A stretch of 64,000 bases of DNA from Azolla caroliniana (Eukaryota > Plantae > Polypodiophyta), in the NCBI GenBank assembly GCA_043228905.1, contig JBHGNT010000007.1, positions 7,812,001-7,876,000 of the forward strand. Reading direction: 5' to 3'. The notes under the pieces are model-generated. The model worked only from the letters and a program-made list of their open reading frames with translations, had not been told where the DNA came from and searched no databases. Positions 51,628 to 64,000 of the stretch are shown here, one piece after another; the stretch's first letter is position 1, and each line of letters opens with the position of its first letter. The position numbers were made by a program, and so were the translations under genes.

Positions 51628-54600
51628 TGTTGGGGACAACGCCGTCAATGCGGAAGTGCAAGCAACATTCTTATGAAGAAGAACCTGTGTATGCATGAGC
51701 AAGATAGACACAGAGAGAGAGAGAGAGGCACAAAGGAAACGTTATATTCCAAATAGCAACTGTTTACAAATGACAACCAACCTTTACTAAAGGTTACAAA
51801 GTCACTTTATATAGTGACTATCCTAAGGCAACTACCCTTTATGCTATTTAAAGAAATGGCCCGAACTTGGGCTGTCCAAAGGGACAGTGTGAATATGGCC
51901 ATTATACACTCGTATTCGACACTCCCCCGTAATGGGCGTACAGATGGGTTATCTTAAAGAATTATAGGTATATATACAAGGTTTATCAGACAGATCAGTT
52001 TTGTTAGAGTCGGCAAGATTCGAGGACAGAAGACCGAATCGGTCAGGTCGGAAGAGCTAAAGTTGATCCTTAGAGAACCGATGTCGGTGGTCCGAAACCA
52101 TCCTGTGTTATGTCGGAAGAGCTAAAGTTGATCCTTAGAGAACCAATGTCCGTGGTCCGAAACCATCCTGTGTTATGTGTCTGACTTTAACCAGGCCGAT
52201 TTTTCGTTACGCCCATCTGGTGCCGAAGGGACCGGAAGCGGTCCGCCAAAAGACACTTGGTCATTCCATCTGCGACATTATCGGTTGTGGATATCTTCTC
52301 GAGACGGATTTTCCCTGAAATGATGTAGTCCCGAACGAAGTGATATCGAACGTCGATATGCTTAGAGGCGTTGTGGTGAACCGGATTTTTTGACAAAGCA
52401 ACAACACCCTGACTGTCGTTGTAGACAACTGGAGTCGAGTCGGCGTCCACTTGTCGAAACGTGTGCGCCAGCCGACCGAGCCATAAAGCTTCTTTTGCCG
52501 CGTCGGACGCAGCTACATATTCCGCTTTGGTCGTTGAGGTGGTTGTGCATTCCTAAAGTTTTGACTTCCACGAGATTGCTCCATTGCCGAATTTGAAACA
52601 GTATTCTATTGTTGATTTCCAACTGTCCACACAGCCAGCGAAGTCCAAGTCGGTGTAACCGACTACGCTTGAGGTTGAGTTCGGGCCGAAAAGAATGTCG
52701 TGGTCTTTTGTGCCAACTAGATATCTGAACACATGCTTGAATGCGTTCCAGTGCGATCAGCCGGGTTTGTGCATGAATCTGCTGACGACTCCTATGGCGT
52801 GAGAAATATCAGGCCGTGTCGTGACCATCGCGTACATGAGGGAGCCAACTGCCGGTGCATACGGTACCGACTTCATATCTTCCCCCTCTGGACCGGATGT
52901 CGGATAGTCTCACTGAGACAGCCGAAGGTTGATGGGGAGCGGGGTCAAAGCAGACTTGGCCGATTGCATGTTGAAGCATTCTAAGACACATCCGATGTAG
53001 TCGGTTTGAGACAAGAAAAGTTGTCGTGTATTGCGATACCGACTAATCTTCATACCTAGTATGTGTCTTGCCGGACTGAGGTCCTTCATGGCAAACTTCA
53101 ACCGCAATTGTCGAACGAGTTTGGTGAGCTCTCCGGCATGCCGACTGGAGAGTAGCATGTCGTCCATGTAGATGATGAGGAAGACGAGAGACCCTTCTTG
53201 AGTTGTTTTGGTGAAGAGACAGTGGTCCTCATCGCTCTTTGAGAAGCCGACCGATTGGATGAAGTCGTCGAACTTCTTGTACCACTGTCGGGGTGCCTGT
53301 TTCAGGCCATGGAGACTCTTCTTGAGTCGGCAGACTAGATGTTCCTAGCCGGATGCCACAAAGCCTTTCGGTTGCTCCATATAGATTTCCTCCTATAGGT
53401 CACCGTGGACGAATGTCGTTTTTACATCTAGATGAATTAGCTCCAAGTTGTCGACGGCCACGACGCCGAGCATGAAACGAAGGGTCGTCATTTTCACCAC
53501 TAGTGAAAAGATTTCTTTGAAGTCGACACCATATTCTTGTCGAAATCCCTTCGCAACTAATCTGGCCTTGTACATTGGGGTTGTTGAGTCAGACGTCTCT
53601 TTTAGTCGATAGACCCACTTACACGGAAGAGCATGTCGATTCTTCGGCAATTTGACCAAGTCCCAATTCTTGTTTGCCCGAATGGAGTGCATTTCTGACT
53701 CCATCGCCAGATTCCATGTGGCTAAATCAGCAGATGTTGATGCTTCTTCGTAAGACGTCGGTTCTCCGGCGTCGGTGAGGAAAATTCCGAGAGAGTACCT
53801 TTCCGGAGGTTGCGACAGTCTCTTGGATCTGCGAGGTATGACTGAACTAGTCGCATCGGGTGTCAATGTCGGATGGTCGAGAGCCGAGCCATTCGGTTGT
53901 GCCGAATCGGTGGACGTCGGTTCTCCGGCGTCGGTGAGGAAAATTCCGGGAGAGTACCTTTCCGGAGGTTGCGACAGTCTCTCGGATCTGCGAGGTATGA
54001 CTGAACTTGTCGCATCGGGTGTCAATGTCGGATGGTCGGGAGCCGAGCCATTCGGTTGTGCCGAAGCGGTGGATTCGGTGCGAGAGTTATCAGTTTCATC
54101 TGCCGAGTCTTTGGCGAAAGACTTTCTCCAAGCTGCTTCAGTCAGGATTGCGCTCGTGACTTCGGAGTACTTAACAACAGTTGTTGAAGCATTGCACACA
54201 GCTGTAATGAAAATTTCCCATGAAGAGGGGAGACTACTCATGAGTATCATTGCTCTGAGTTCATCCTCGATTGCCGTCCCTTGAGACGCGATTTGGGAGC
54301 TTATGCTTTCGTACTCGTTGAGGTGTGCCTGAACCGAATCGGATTCTTTCATCCGCAAGTTGTAGAGGCATCGGATCAGATACATCTTCGTTGCGGCAAC
54401 CTTCTTTTCATAAGTTTTTGACAATGTTTTCCAAAGTTCAAACATTGTCGTGCATGATTGCACTGTGAAGTACACTAACTCTGACAAGTGCATTCGAATC
54501 GTGGCGCGGACGATTCTGTCAAGCTTTAGCCACTCGTTTGCCTTGTGTGCTTCTAGAGGATTTTCATTCTCAATCGGGTCTATCTGATCCTTGACTATGA

Positions 54601-55456
54601 GATAGTCCTGCATTTGTTCCTTCCAGAAGTTGAAGTTGGAACCATCGAACCTCCTTAGACTCATCTCCGATGAGCCGGATGTTGATGCCATCTGCTTCAG
54701 TTTCGGTTGGTAAGACTCGGTTCGGAGTTGACTACGAACCTTAGTGGGGTGTAGCCAGTCGGCTCACCCGATATCGTTCTAGTCGGTTTTGAACCCGAGT
54801 CGATTTGGTTTCGGATACTTGTTACTGAACCTGCTCGGAGTGACTCCGGTAACTCGAGGGACAGAACCGGCTGGTCTTCCCGAATGTTGCCGAGTTGGAG
54901 TGAGCTTGGTTAGCTTTCGATTGTATGCCGAATACTGATTACACGAAACCGATTGTTTGGGCCGATTCTGCTTCGGATGACTGCAACGATGAGAGGGACG
55001 GATCCAACTGATCCTCCCGAATGTCGATCAGCCGAGTGAAGCACGAAGTGGTTGTTGCCAGGAGACCAATCTGCAACGGGTGGTTACAGCAAGCGGGTGA
55101 ATAGCGTCCGGTGACCTATTCGGATGTTGTTTAACCGAATGAAGCACGATTGGGTCGGTTGTTGCTCAAGGAGCTCCCCTCAAGCAGTTACAATAACAGG
55201 AACAGAGTACAACCGACTGGCTTACTCCAATTTGTGATTTAACACAAGGAGATGCGAGCTTTTTGTTTTTCTTCTCCCTTCTCTGTTCTTCAAAGAAAAT
55301 GAATATAGAATGTTGTGTTGTGCGATGAGACCGGCAGCGGGTTGAAGAACCTCCAACGCTCTGATACCAAATGTTGGGGACAAGGCCGTCAATGCGGAAG
55401 TGCAAGCAACATTCTGATGAAGAAGAACATGTGTATGCATGAGCAAGATAGACACA

Positions 55457-55510
<54 letters not shown>

Positions 55511-55703
55511 CACAAAGGAAACGTTATATTCCAAATAGCAACTGTTTACAAATGACAACCAACCTTTACTAAAGGTTACAAAGTCACTTTATATAGTGAC
55601 TATCCTAGGGCAACTGCCCTTTATGCTATTTACAGAAATGGCCCAAACTTGGGTTGTCCAAATGGACAGTGTGAATACGGTCATTATACACTTGTATTCG
55701 ACA
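51628..55703 (-). mobile_element. Internally deleted Ty1/copia element G; LTRs 51628-51921 and 55372-55703; iMet PBS; TSD GTGCT
   Basis: GTGCT at 51623-51627 and 55704-55708; reverse PBS GCTCTGATACCA at ~55358-55369; PPT at 51922; [12 protein letters not shown] and YMDDML; RNase H NPVHHNASKHIDVRYHFVRD. Confidence 0.95.
52187..54691 (-). pseudogene. copia gag fused to RT-RNase H (protease and integrase deleted)
   Basis: ORF 54691-53393 runs from gag directly into the EPTSYEEA/RT region; stops and a frameshift follow. Confidence 0.85.
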
Positions 55704-57159
55704 GTGCTTGTAGTGTTAACAACTTACCACTAGGGTAAGCTAATTACGACAAAAAGAAGAAGAGAGAGAAAAAGTAGACAAGAGAACAATAACTGAATTT
55801 ATGCTTTTGTAACTAGTGTTCTTCACCTTGATTCTAATCAAGGTGCACCCAAGTATTTATACAAGAATGTGGAGGTATGCATGTAAGCTAGGAATATTCT
55901 AGAAAATGCATGAGGATGCATGCAAGCTAAGAAACTTCTAGAGAATGCATGAAGATGCGTTCTCTAGAAGTTTCTTGAAAGTTCTAGTGATTAACATACA
56001 ATGTAATAAGTTGAATCTCATACAACAATGCACAGATGGATGTAGCTCAATTGGTAAGGTTTCCCAATAAGACCAGGAGTTCATGGCAACCATCTACATT
56101 CTATCGCGGCATCATGTCTATGACAATGTCTTGATGTAGATAAAAGCTTAGGCCACTAGTCATTGCAGCTAATTACCTAGTGATTGTAATCTCAATAGTT
56201 AATCGGTCCATTGTATTCTACACACTTTTTCTACTAACACCAATTACCTTAAATAGCACATTGATGTTAAGATCGTCAACACCACTATTAAGTAACATCA
56301 TTAGACTAGACCTTTTTAAGACAATATCATCTTCTGACTTGCTCATGTTGAGTAAACTATTACGGAGATTATTTACTAGTACAGATATTAGGTTTTCATT
56401 GAGACCATCAAAATCAACTAATTCTTTTATCGATGGATCATTTAATATTCCATAAAGTATTACCTTCTTGTCTTCATTGCTGATGTGCTTGGTTTGAACA
56501 TTGAAATAGTCTACAACCTCTCTCTATGATAGTAGTCTCATTACATCCATTCTCAGTGGTATTCAGATCTACATCACAACCAATACTATCCTTACCTTTA
56601 GTTGATGTGTCTTTCTTATCCTTTACCATTTGACGATGTTTCCTTTTTTTTCGGCCCAATACTTTCGTATCGCTTGTTATGTACTAATAACCTGATCCCT
56701 ATCATGATGATCCATGAGGGTTGTTGATAAACACCCTCCTTCCCCTTCCATCTGGCTTGACATCTTCATTAGTAAATTGAAAAAAAATGAGACGTATGAC
56801 TATACCACATGCAAACAGATTATTTACAAGGGCGATCCCACCGTTTGCCAAAGCACACATTGGCAGTAAGTGATCCTTTGTCGTGGAAAAGTGAACGCTA
56901 CTGAGACGTTGACGATTGCAACCACTATCGGGAGCAGTGTTGGCAAGTATGTGAGTGTGGTGGCAGTGATGACTATCTGCAACAAGAATACACAAAATTA
57001 CTCTGCAATACACAAGATTATACAGAAGATAATTAACAGACAAAGATGTAGATGCAATGGTTAGTTAGCAATAGAGGAGTGAATAGTGGCGGCCAAGTGT
57101 TTGAAAGTGGTGGTTTTAGAAGCTACAAGTGGCTAACAGTAATACTGGCACCCAATTCA

Positions 57160-57400
57160 AGTAAAATCATCAGCGAACCGTGTAGCGAATTGTGGCAACA
57201 ATGGAGGAGTGAACTGTGGAAGCAATCGAGGACCGAACAATGGCAACAACTAAGCATACAATGGCCGCAATGGAGGAGCTAACTCAGTCAGAGCGAATAG
57301 TGGCAACAATCCAGGACCGAACAGTGGTGGCAACTGAGCGTATAATGGCGGCAATGGAGGAGTGAACTCAATCGGAGCAAACAGTGGTAACAATCGAGCC
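57160..57400 (+). repeat. Degenerate repeat with Asn/Gly-rich coding potential
   Basis: Recurrent AATGGAGGAGTGAACT and AGTGGCAACAATCC units. Confidence 0.6.
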
Positions 57401-57659
57401 TGAATATTCATAAAGTGATGGCCAACGTGATGTGACAATGTATCATGCATAATGGACCTATGAATTTGGTTATAATTATTGTTTCCATTTATGGTGCTTA
57501 TTTATATCATTAAAACATTCTAATGTTTCCAGTTATGGTTTCCATTTATGGTGCTCATTTATATAATTAAAACATTCTAATGTTTCCATTCATGGTGCAA
57601 AAAGGCTAAATCACGGGTAGCTTTTTACATAGCTAATTAGTTATGTCAAGGACACAGCT

Positions 57660-58400
57660 AATTGTTCCCACTCCCATGTTTTCACCTATGTAGATTATGT
57701 CACATAGAGAGAGAGGATGAGTTCCACTTTACATGCAAGTCTCCAACATACGTCGAGATAAGGACAAAATACGAGACATACTCGGTCCCTCTCCCACCCT
57801 CCCCACTATTAGATACTCTAGATATAAAGAAATTAGTCATATATATCTTAGCGCTAAAACAACATAGAGAGAACAAACTACAAAATGTTGGCGATAACGT
57901 TTTTAAGATTCACCAACATGTAACAAATGAAGTTTTTCAGGGACAGGGGGAGACAACGAATGTGGACACACCTTCACTACTTGGCCTCTTCCTTGATGAA
58001 GCAGAAAACCAAAGAAGAACCAAACGCCCTCGGATGTCGGGTTGCAACTCGACATGGTGTAGAAGCAATTAAGAAAATATGGGAGCGTGAGCTACACCAC
58101 CTAGAAGCCATGGTTGGGGTACCTTCTACATTGGGACCACGGGTCACACCCACACCAAAACCCTTAGACCTCCCTCTTCTTTTCAAGAGGCTTGAATGGA
58201 AATGACACTAGGCCTAGTACAAAGTCATTTCCTTTATTGAATATGTTACATCATAACACGTTTTGTACAATACTAGAACTCTTTTAGCTTAAGTTCTATT
58301 TTTATATTATTTTTTTTATTATGATTGGACAAATACCCTATTTTGTTGTACACCAATTGTCTCATGGGCCAATTTTGGCCATAGATTACATTAATATATC
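57660..58400 (+). mobile_element. 3' fragment of an RTE/L2-like LINE (C-terminal zinc-finger remnant)
   Basis: CRLCHIEREDEFHFTCKSPTYVEIR, matching a CxxC-EDExH-C-Y pattern. Confidence 0.6.
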
Positions 58401-58932
58401 TTTCTTTCTTAAATGAATGGATCTGCATTCCCAAATTTTCACATCCTCCATAGAAATAAACGAATTTATGTTGTTTCTAAAAAAGAGATTTTAAAATTCC
58501 CACCTTCCCAAACATGTTTTGATGTCAAATCATTACGATCACGAACTTCTCTATACTAAGAAGGTTCTCGGGATAAAGGTTTTGACATTGTGGTTATCTT
58601 CATCTTATGCTTTTTTACTAAGAAGACAAAACTTGCAATAGAAAGCTTCCGACAAAGGGCATTTTCATAGTTGCCTCTTTTACTGAGAAGGGTATTGTTG
58701 GTCCAATGGTTTCAACCTTGGGCTTCTTCATTCCTATTATGATTAGAAATACAACCTTGAAAACAACAATACATTGTTCGTGATATATCAAGTGTGGAAC
58801 TCATAGAGAGCTTATAGCAAATGTTCTCAACACAAATGTGTCATTAGCATTGAGAACTAGGATGAGATTGAGCATATCCATTTGTCAATATTGCATAGAA
58901 GCTGCGACTACACAAAAGTTCACACATGTTAG

Positions 58933-59576
58933 CATAGATTGACATATTCGCATTCATTGGGTTTCCTATTCGAATGCAAATGAATACGAATACGAATGGG
59001 TGGTCAAGTATTCGTTTAACCCAAAAAAAAAAACTCTTGTCTTTTTTAATTTCCTAGGATAACAAAAAGGAACTTAACAATAAATAGGGATAATAAAAGA
59101 GGAACTTGGGACTTGACAGTACTAAATTTTTATAATAAATGTATAACCTATAAGTTATAAGTTTGCGTTTTATTTTTAGTAAATAAATAAAATAAAATAA
59201 AGGCTCATTACTTTCTCACTTTTTATTCCCTCAAAATTTATGGATATTTTTATTTTGACATTAAAAAAAGTACTTCAAACTAATCATATCTTCAAAGTTC
59301 ATACTAATCATATTTGTATAATAAATATAAAAATATTCGTTTTTTAAAAATTAATTAAAATAAGTTTCATAAACTCTTTTGACACTATAATCTATTAATG
59401 AATAATTGTTCTTTTTTTTCGTGAAATAAATTTATTTTAAGAAATAAATAAATTATTTATATTTATTTTGCAAAACAAATGGTTTTTTAATATTCTTGGG
59501 GCCATTCCGTATTCTCAAATATTGAGAATATTGCGCATCGAGAATATCACGAATATCACGCACGTGTCAATCTATG
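58933..59576. mobile_element. hAT-type MITE, 644 bp
   Basis: 12-bp TIR CATAGATTGACA / TGTCAATCTATG; 8-bp TSD CATGTTAG at 58925-58932 and 59577-59584; AT-rich core with subterminal GAATA repeats. Confidence 0.88.
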
Positions 59577-61108
59577 CATGTTAGTAAAAACTCCTTCCCT
59601 TAGTTAATAGATTTAATTTCTTCCACAAGGGGAATAACTGATAGAATGAGGTTGACCACACACAGTGATATGTTCACCAACATTCCTGTCCCTTACTGTA
59701 TACCCCAGCTCCACAAAAAGATTTCATCAGAACATGTTCAAGCACAGTATAGCAGAACCTAAACACATTATCTACATGCAACAGCCAACACGTGTGTACG
59801 CCATATCTCCATGTTTTGCACCACCTTCATTATTTCAATAGGTTTCTGTATCTTCTGAAATCAGAATTACTCCTCTGTTCTCCTCTCTTCTATTGTTAGC
59901 AATATCCAATACACAAATGGTCTTTCACTCCAGATAGAATGCATAATTCTCTCCTTTCTCCCCTCTCCTAATGCTAGCTGGCTAGCAACAGCCAATATTT
60001 AGATTGTCCGCTCATTCAGATAGAACTCACTATCCTCCAAAATTACATGTTGTCCATGACCACATCTACTCAAACTCCAACTTGTGTTATTAGGTGGATG
60101 ATTTATTCGGCATAACTCATTGTAATGGAAAGATCATGTACCACTATCTAATCTTGAAAGCATACCATCCCTCCAATTAATGAGCACATATATACTTGCC
60201 CATGCAATCAATGCAAAAGAAATCATGGGATGGTAATTAAATAGTACTCTGATTCCTCAGGTCTAGCAAATAAACCTAGTTTGTTATGATACACACAAAT
60301 TAACATGATAAAAGCTTAAATCACTCTTAAAAGACTAGCACGATAGTTTATCATTCCATTTTGCTATAGCTCTACACGTGACTCTTCAGAATTCTGCTAT
60401 ATCATGCAATGTTATATACCATATAACATGAGAAAATCAAGTTATAAGTCTTATGTATGTACATTTAAATCATTCATAAATGGCAAAATGATCAATCATC
60501 ATACACACTTCTCAGCTGAGTTCAGAATGTCTGTAGCAATACACATGAGTCTTCAGAATTCTGCTATATCATTGTGATTTTGTTACATATATCATGACAA
60601 AATTAACTTATTAGTCTTTGTATGTACATTTAAAACATTCATAAACAGCCAAATGATGATCATGATGCACACAGTTCTCCACTTTCAGAGCGCAGAATTT
60701 GTACAAGTTCAAAGAAAGCTAATGTTAGACCACACAGAGAAATTCCAACTTAAGGTTTACTTTCACATACCTCTGGGTCAGGGAGCCAATGTGGCTAGGG
60801 CGTTCCCCTCAAGTCACACAAATCCTCCTATAGAAATATTTTGATGTAGATTCCTAATATAAGGTTAAACAGAAAAATATAAAATGCCTAATGAGTTGGA
60901 TAACTAACCAATCTGGTACCAAATCATATCGAATTTAAGAGTTGGGAGTCTGAACAAGATATCATTTAACTAAACAATCAAGTGTATCTGTGCAAGCTTG
61001 GCTACAAAAAAACTACACAATTCAGAAACTCGTTCTTCTCTTGTAGATGCTGTAGGTCTTAAATCTTGGCCAAAGCTTTACAAATGTCCAGAAACAAAAT
61101 GCAAAACT

Positions 61109-64000
61109 TCAATATGGTCGAGATCGGTGACCACCTCCACCTCCTCCACCACCGCCACCTCCAAAGCGTCTATCGGGTCCACCACCTCCACCATGTCTGT
61201 AGATTCAAGAGATGATTGTGTCAACTAATCATTTCAACTAATGCAACAATACTCAGAATCTGGTCTACTAAGATTATAGAGTTTTGAAATACAGGTATTG
61301 TGTGCCACAGATTGCAGAAAAAATAGAAACTAAATAGATGTTCACGCATCCCCTCCGAAGCAAGAGAATTTTCATTGCTTAATGTTCTTAAAATCCAATA
61401 CTTGGTTGTCTCACACAGATTTAGGGGGAAATAGAGAAATAATATAGAAGTTAGTTTCTACTTCCCCTCTAGAAACTCCCCTCTAATAACGGATGATTTT
61501 TCAATGTTTATGGTCGTAAAACCCATGAAACTTAGGAGTTCTTTCGTAGCTTTAATCAAAAATATGTTACTAAAATTATAAATAGAAAAAAGTGTGGTTC
61601 AACACAACAGATTTTCTAATTTTAAATAGAAAAGCATTACACCAAGCAAGTTTAATTGCTAACTCACCCTTGGTAAGGGCCTCCTGCACTCGGTCTTGGA
61701 GCAGATTTTTCAGCCATTGCCACCTTGATTTGATTACCTCTCAATACATAATCTAAAAATAGAAAAACAAATGTCAAAAGCTAAGAAAGAATTTGACATG
61801 ACCTAAGCATTTGCAATAAACGACTATGTTCTCAAAAAATTAAATCAGCTGAGACTTGGTTCTGCCAATAAAATGTGATATATTTCAGAACAGAAAGTAG
61901 ATAGGAGTACTGAGCTCCCATACCATTATAGAATCCTCCAGCAGAATGGGCAGCAGAGGGATCTTCATAAACTAGTGCAGCATCCCCTTTGTTTTGCCCT
62001 GAAGAATCTGTATAGATTTTGATATTCCAAGGCCATTGATCTTTGTATCCACGTTTTTGTTTAATCCTTGCAACCTGTAACACCACTCATAAGTCAAGCA
62101 TACAGGTGGAATTATTAACAGAACGGGGCGAGATTTTAATCAGATCCTGTGTTCTCAACAGAAACATTAAGATTACAGCAGAACACAAATGCAGAAATTT
62201 GGAGAAGACTGAAAAAGATCAATAAAAAAGTCGGCAAGCAAATGTTAAGTAGCATTAACTCTAAAGACTGTTAAATCGGGACGAAATATAAACCATTCAG
62301 TCACATATCCAAACCTTGAAGCACTGGATCTACCACATCCGTGTGCTTTCTTCGCAGAATGCAATTTATACAACGGAAAATCTGGTTTTGAGCCTACTAA
62401 TTACATCACTCACCTACATCAGACGAATATTCCACACTTCTGAGAACAAACCGTGGTGTAATCCGCAATGAGTGAACGCACACAGGCAATCAAAGATAAC
62501 AAGCGAAAACTCCTGCAAGTGCAACAAACACAACTGAACCACATCCCCATGCACTAATCTAAAATTTGTGAGAAGAAAAAGTTGTCATAAACATCTAATG
62601 TGGAGCAAGTGTCCTCAATCAGAATCTCCCATGGACCAGAAGTAAGGGGTTCTACCAACCTGAATCACCTACACTTGCCTTATCCAGAAGCAGGATACAA
62701 ATATCAAGCAGGATGCAAAGATCTGCGAGGTCATCAGGAGAGATCATAAAAAGCCTTCCATTAGTATGACAAAAACAGAAGTGCCATGACACTCGGCATC
62801 TCCTATGCATCCTTTCCTTTTAAATTTTAGAGGGGAAGATCGTCTTACCTGTCCCAGGTTCACATTGCAGTTCACACTAGCTTGTAGTTGAGGTTCAGCT
62901 ACAGTCCTAAAAGTTTCACCTACCGTTCTCCATAAATGGTATTAAGACTCAAGGTCCTAATTCACAAATCAGGGGGTCTGTCTGCTAGAAACGAACCACT
63001 TCATTCTACTTCTCATTAAATAGTCTCGCGTGCTGAATCCGCATGTGCCATGCCTCAGCACCTTTGAATAAGAGATTACGTACAGACTATTTCATTGAAT
63101 CTAGTTACACAAGTATGCCACTAATTAAAGTCTAGTGCCTTTGACTTCTCATTGTAAATGTTCATGATAGAAGAGACATGCTTTAAATCCTATACTAGCA
63201 GAATTAATAGTATCAAGGCAAAGAGATTGCCTCTTGAACATTTGGTGAAGAAATGGATGTTAATATAATGATGTTGCAAGCATCACCAAAACAGCTGTAT
63301 CATGGTACCCACAATTACAAGCTTCACCAAACAGCAGTATCTAAAATTTACATCATCCTCTGAACAGTTGGAAATGTACATAACCAAAAGGGAAAACTAA
63401 TAATTACACTATGGAATTAGCAAGCACTTAACAGAAACAAAAATCCACTACAAGTTCTTATAGAATTACCTGTCCAATGCCTCCAAAGAGCTCTCGTAGC
63501 TCATCGATTGTAACATCCAATGGGAGCCCAGTGATGTATATCCTTGCATTGTCACATCTTTCATCACAATTTTCATCGCATTGCTTCACTTTAACAGTTT
63601 CTGTGCCACCAGCAGACTTTGCATCAGCTCCATACTCCCCACCACGATTTTCAGTGTACCCAGAACCTCTCTCAGACCCATAATTTCCTCTGCTTCCCCT
63701 ATTGTCCCCACCATAATCTCCTCTGCCTCCCCTACTGTCTCCACCATAACCTCCTCTTCCCCCCTTACTCTCACCAGCAAGCTCTCCACCACCACCATAG
63801 TTTCCTCTAGGAGCCCCTGATTGACCTCCATAAACATTTCCAGATGGCGGTGCACTACCTGCATATTGATTTCTCCCACCACTGGCATAATCATAACCAC
63901 CACCAGCAGCTTGGTTGCCATAATCATTGTTTCCTTGCCGATAGTTACCACCTCCACCACCACTCTGGGCATTGTATCCATCTCCTCCATAGGAACCCCC
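61109..64000 (-). CDS. TAF15b: TAF15b-like FET-family RNA-binding protein, 3' exons (>64000-63470, 62074-61924, 61752-61668, 61196-61109)
   Basis: Gly/Tyr/RGG-rich region; RRM CDNARIYITGLP...LFGGIGQ|VARIKQKRGYKDQWPWNIKIYTD...YEDPSAAHSAGGFYN; C-terminal PY-NLS RSRPY*. All joins are GT-AG and in frame. Confidence 0.93.

Larger units (their letters stand above)
49769..56125 (-). mobile_element. 5' half of a Tcn1-like chromovirus H: 5' LTR (51418-51627 plus 55709-56125, split by copia G), degenerate gag and protease
   Basis: Gag from ATG at 51389 with PDKFNGSRARLRGFINQ and FLVELEATFGDTD; zinc-knuckle remnant near 50440; protease ALLNSSASTCFI; LTR termini TGTCA...TGACA. Confidence 0.8.

Noticed and set aside
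8168-56125. Treating the two Tcn1-like halves as one giant element spanning the nest
   Set aside because: The LTRs are only loosely similar and the flanks (GACTC vs ATGTC) give no TSD.
63586-63990. 134-aa Val/Glu-rich ORF in the track
   Set aside because: It is an off-frame reading of the Gly-rich TAF15b exon.

Overview
Plant nuclear DNA, most likely a moss such as Physcomitrium (inferred from the TE lineages). Two intron-containing host genes flank the window, both on the minus strand and both running off it: an AVT1-like amino-acid transporter on the left and a TAF15b/FET-type RRM-RGG gene on the right. Between them is a ~50 kb stack of nested, mostly decayed transposons: four Ty1/copia pieces, at least five tRNA-Trp-primed Ty3/gypsy elements, two Tcn1-like chromovirus halves, LINE fragments, a solo LTR and a hAT MITE. 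The main non-routine signal is a spliced relic of a bacterial-type beta-class N4-cytosine/N6-adenine DNA methyltransferase at 36750-37209 (minus). Other signals: gypsy elements inserted in tandem at one ACGT site with an apparent CpG-centred 4-bp target preference, tRNA-like Pol III modules inside three unrelated LTR families, a Tf1-style self-priming signature, and a very young gag-only retroelement. All alignments and motif calls were made by eye.
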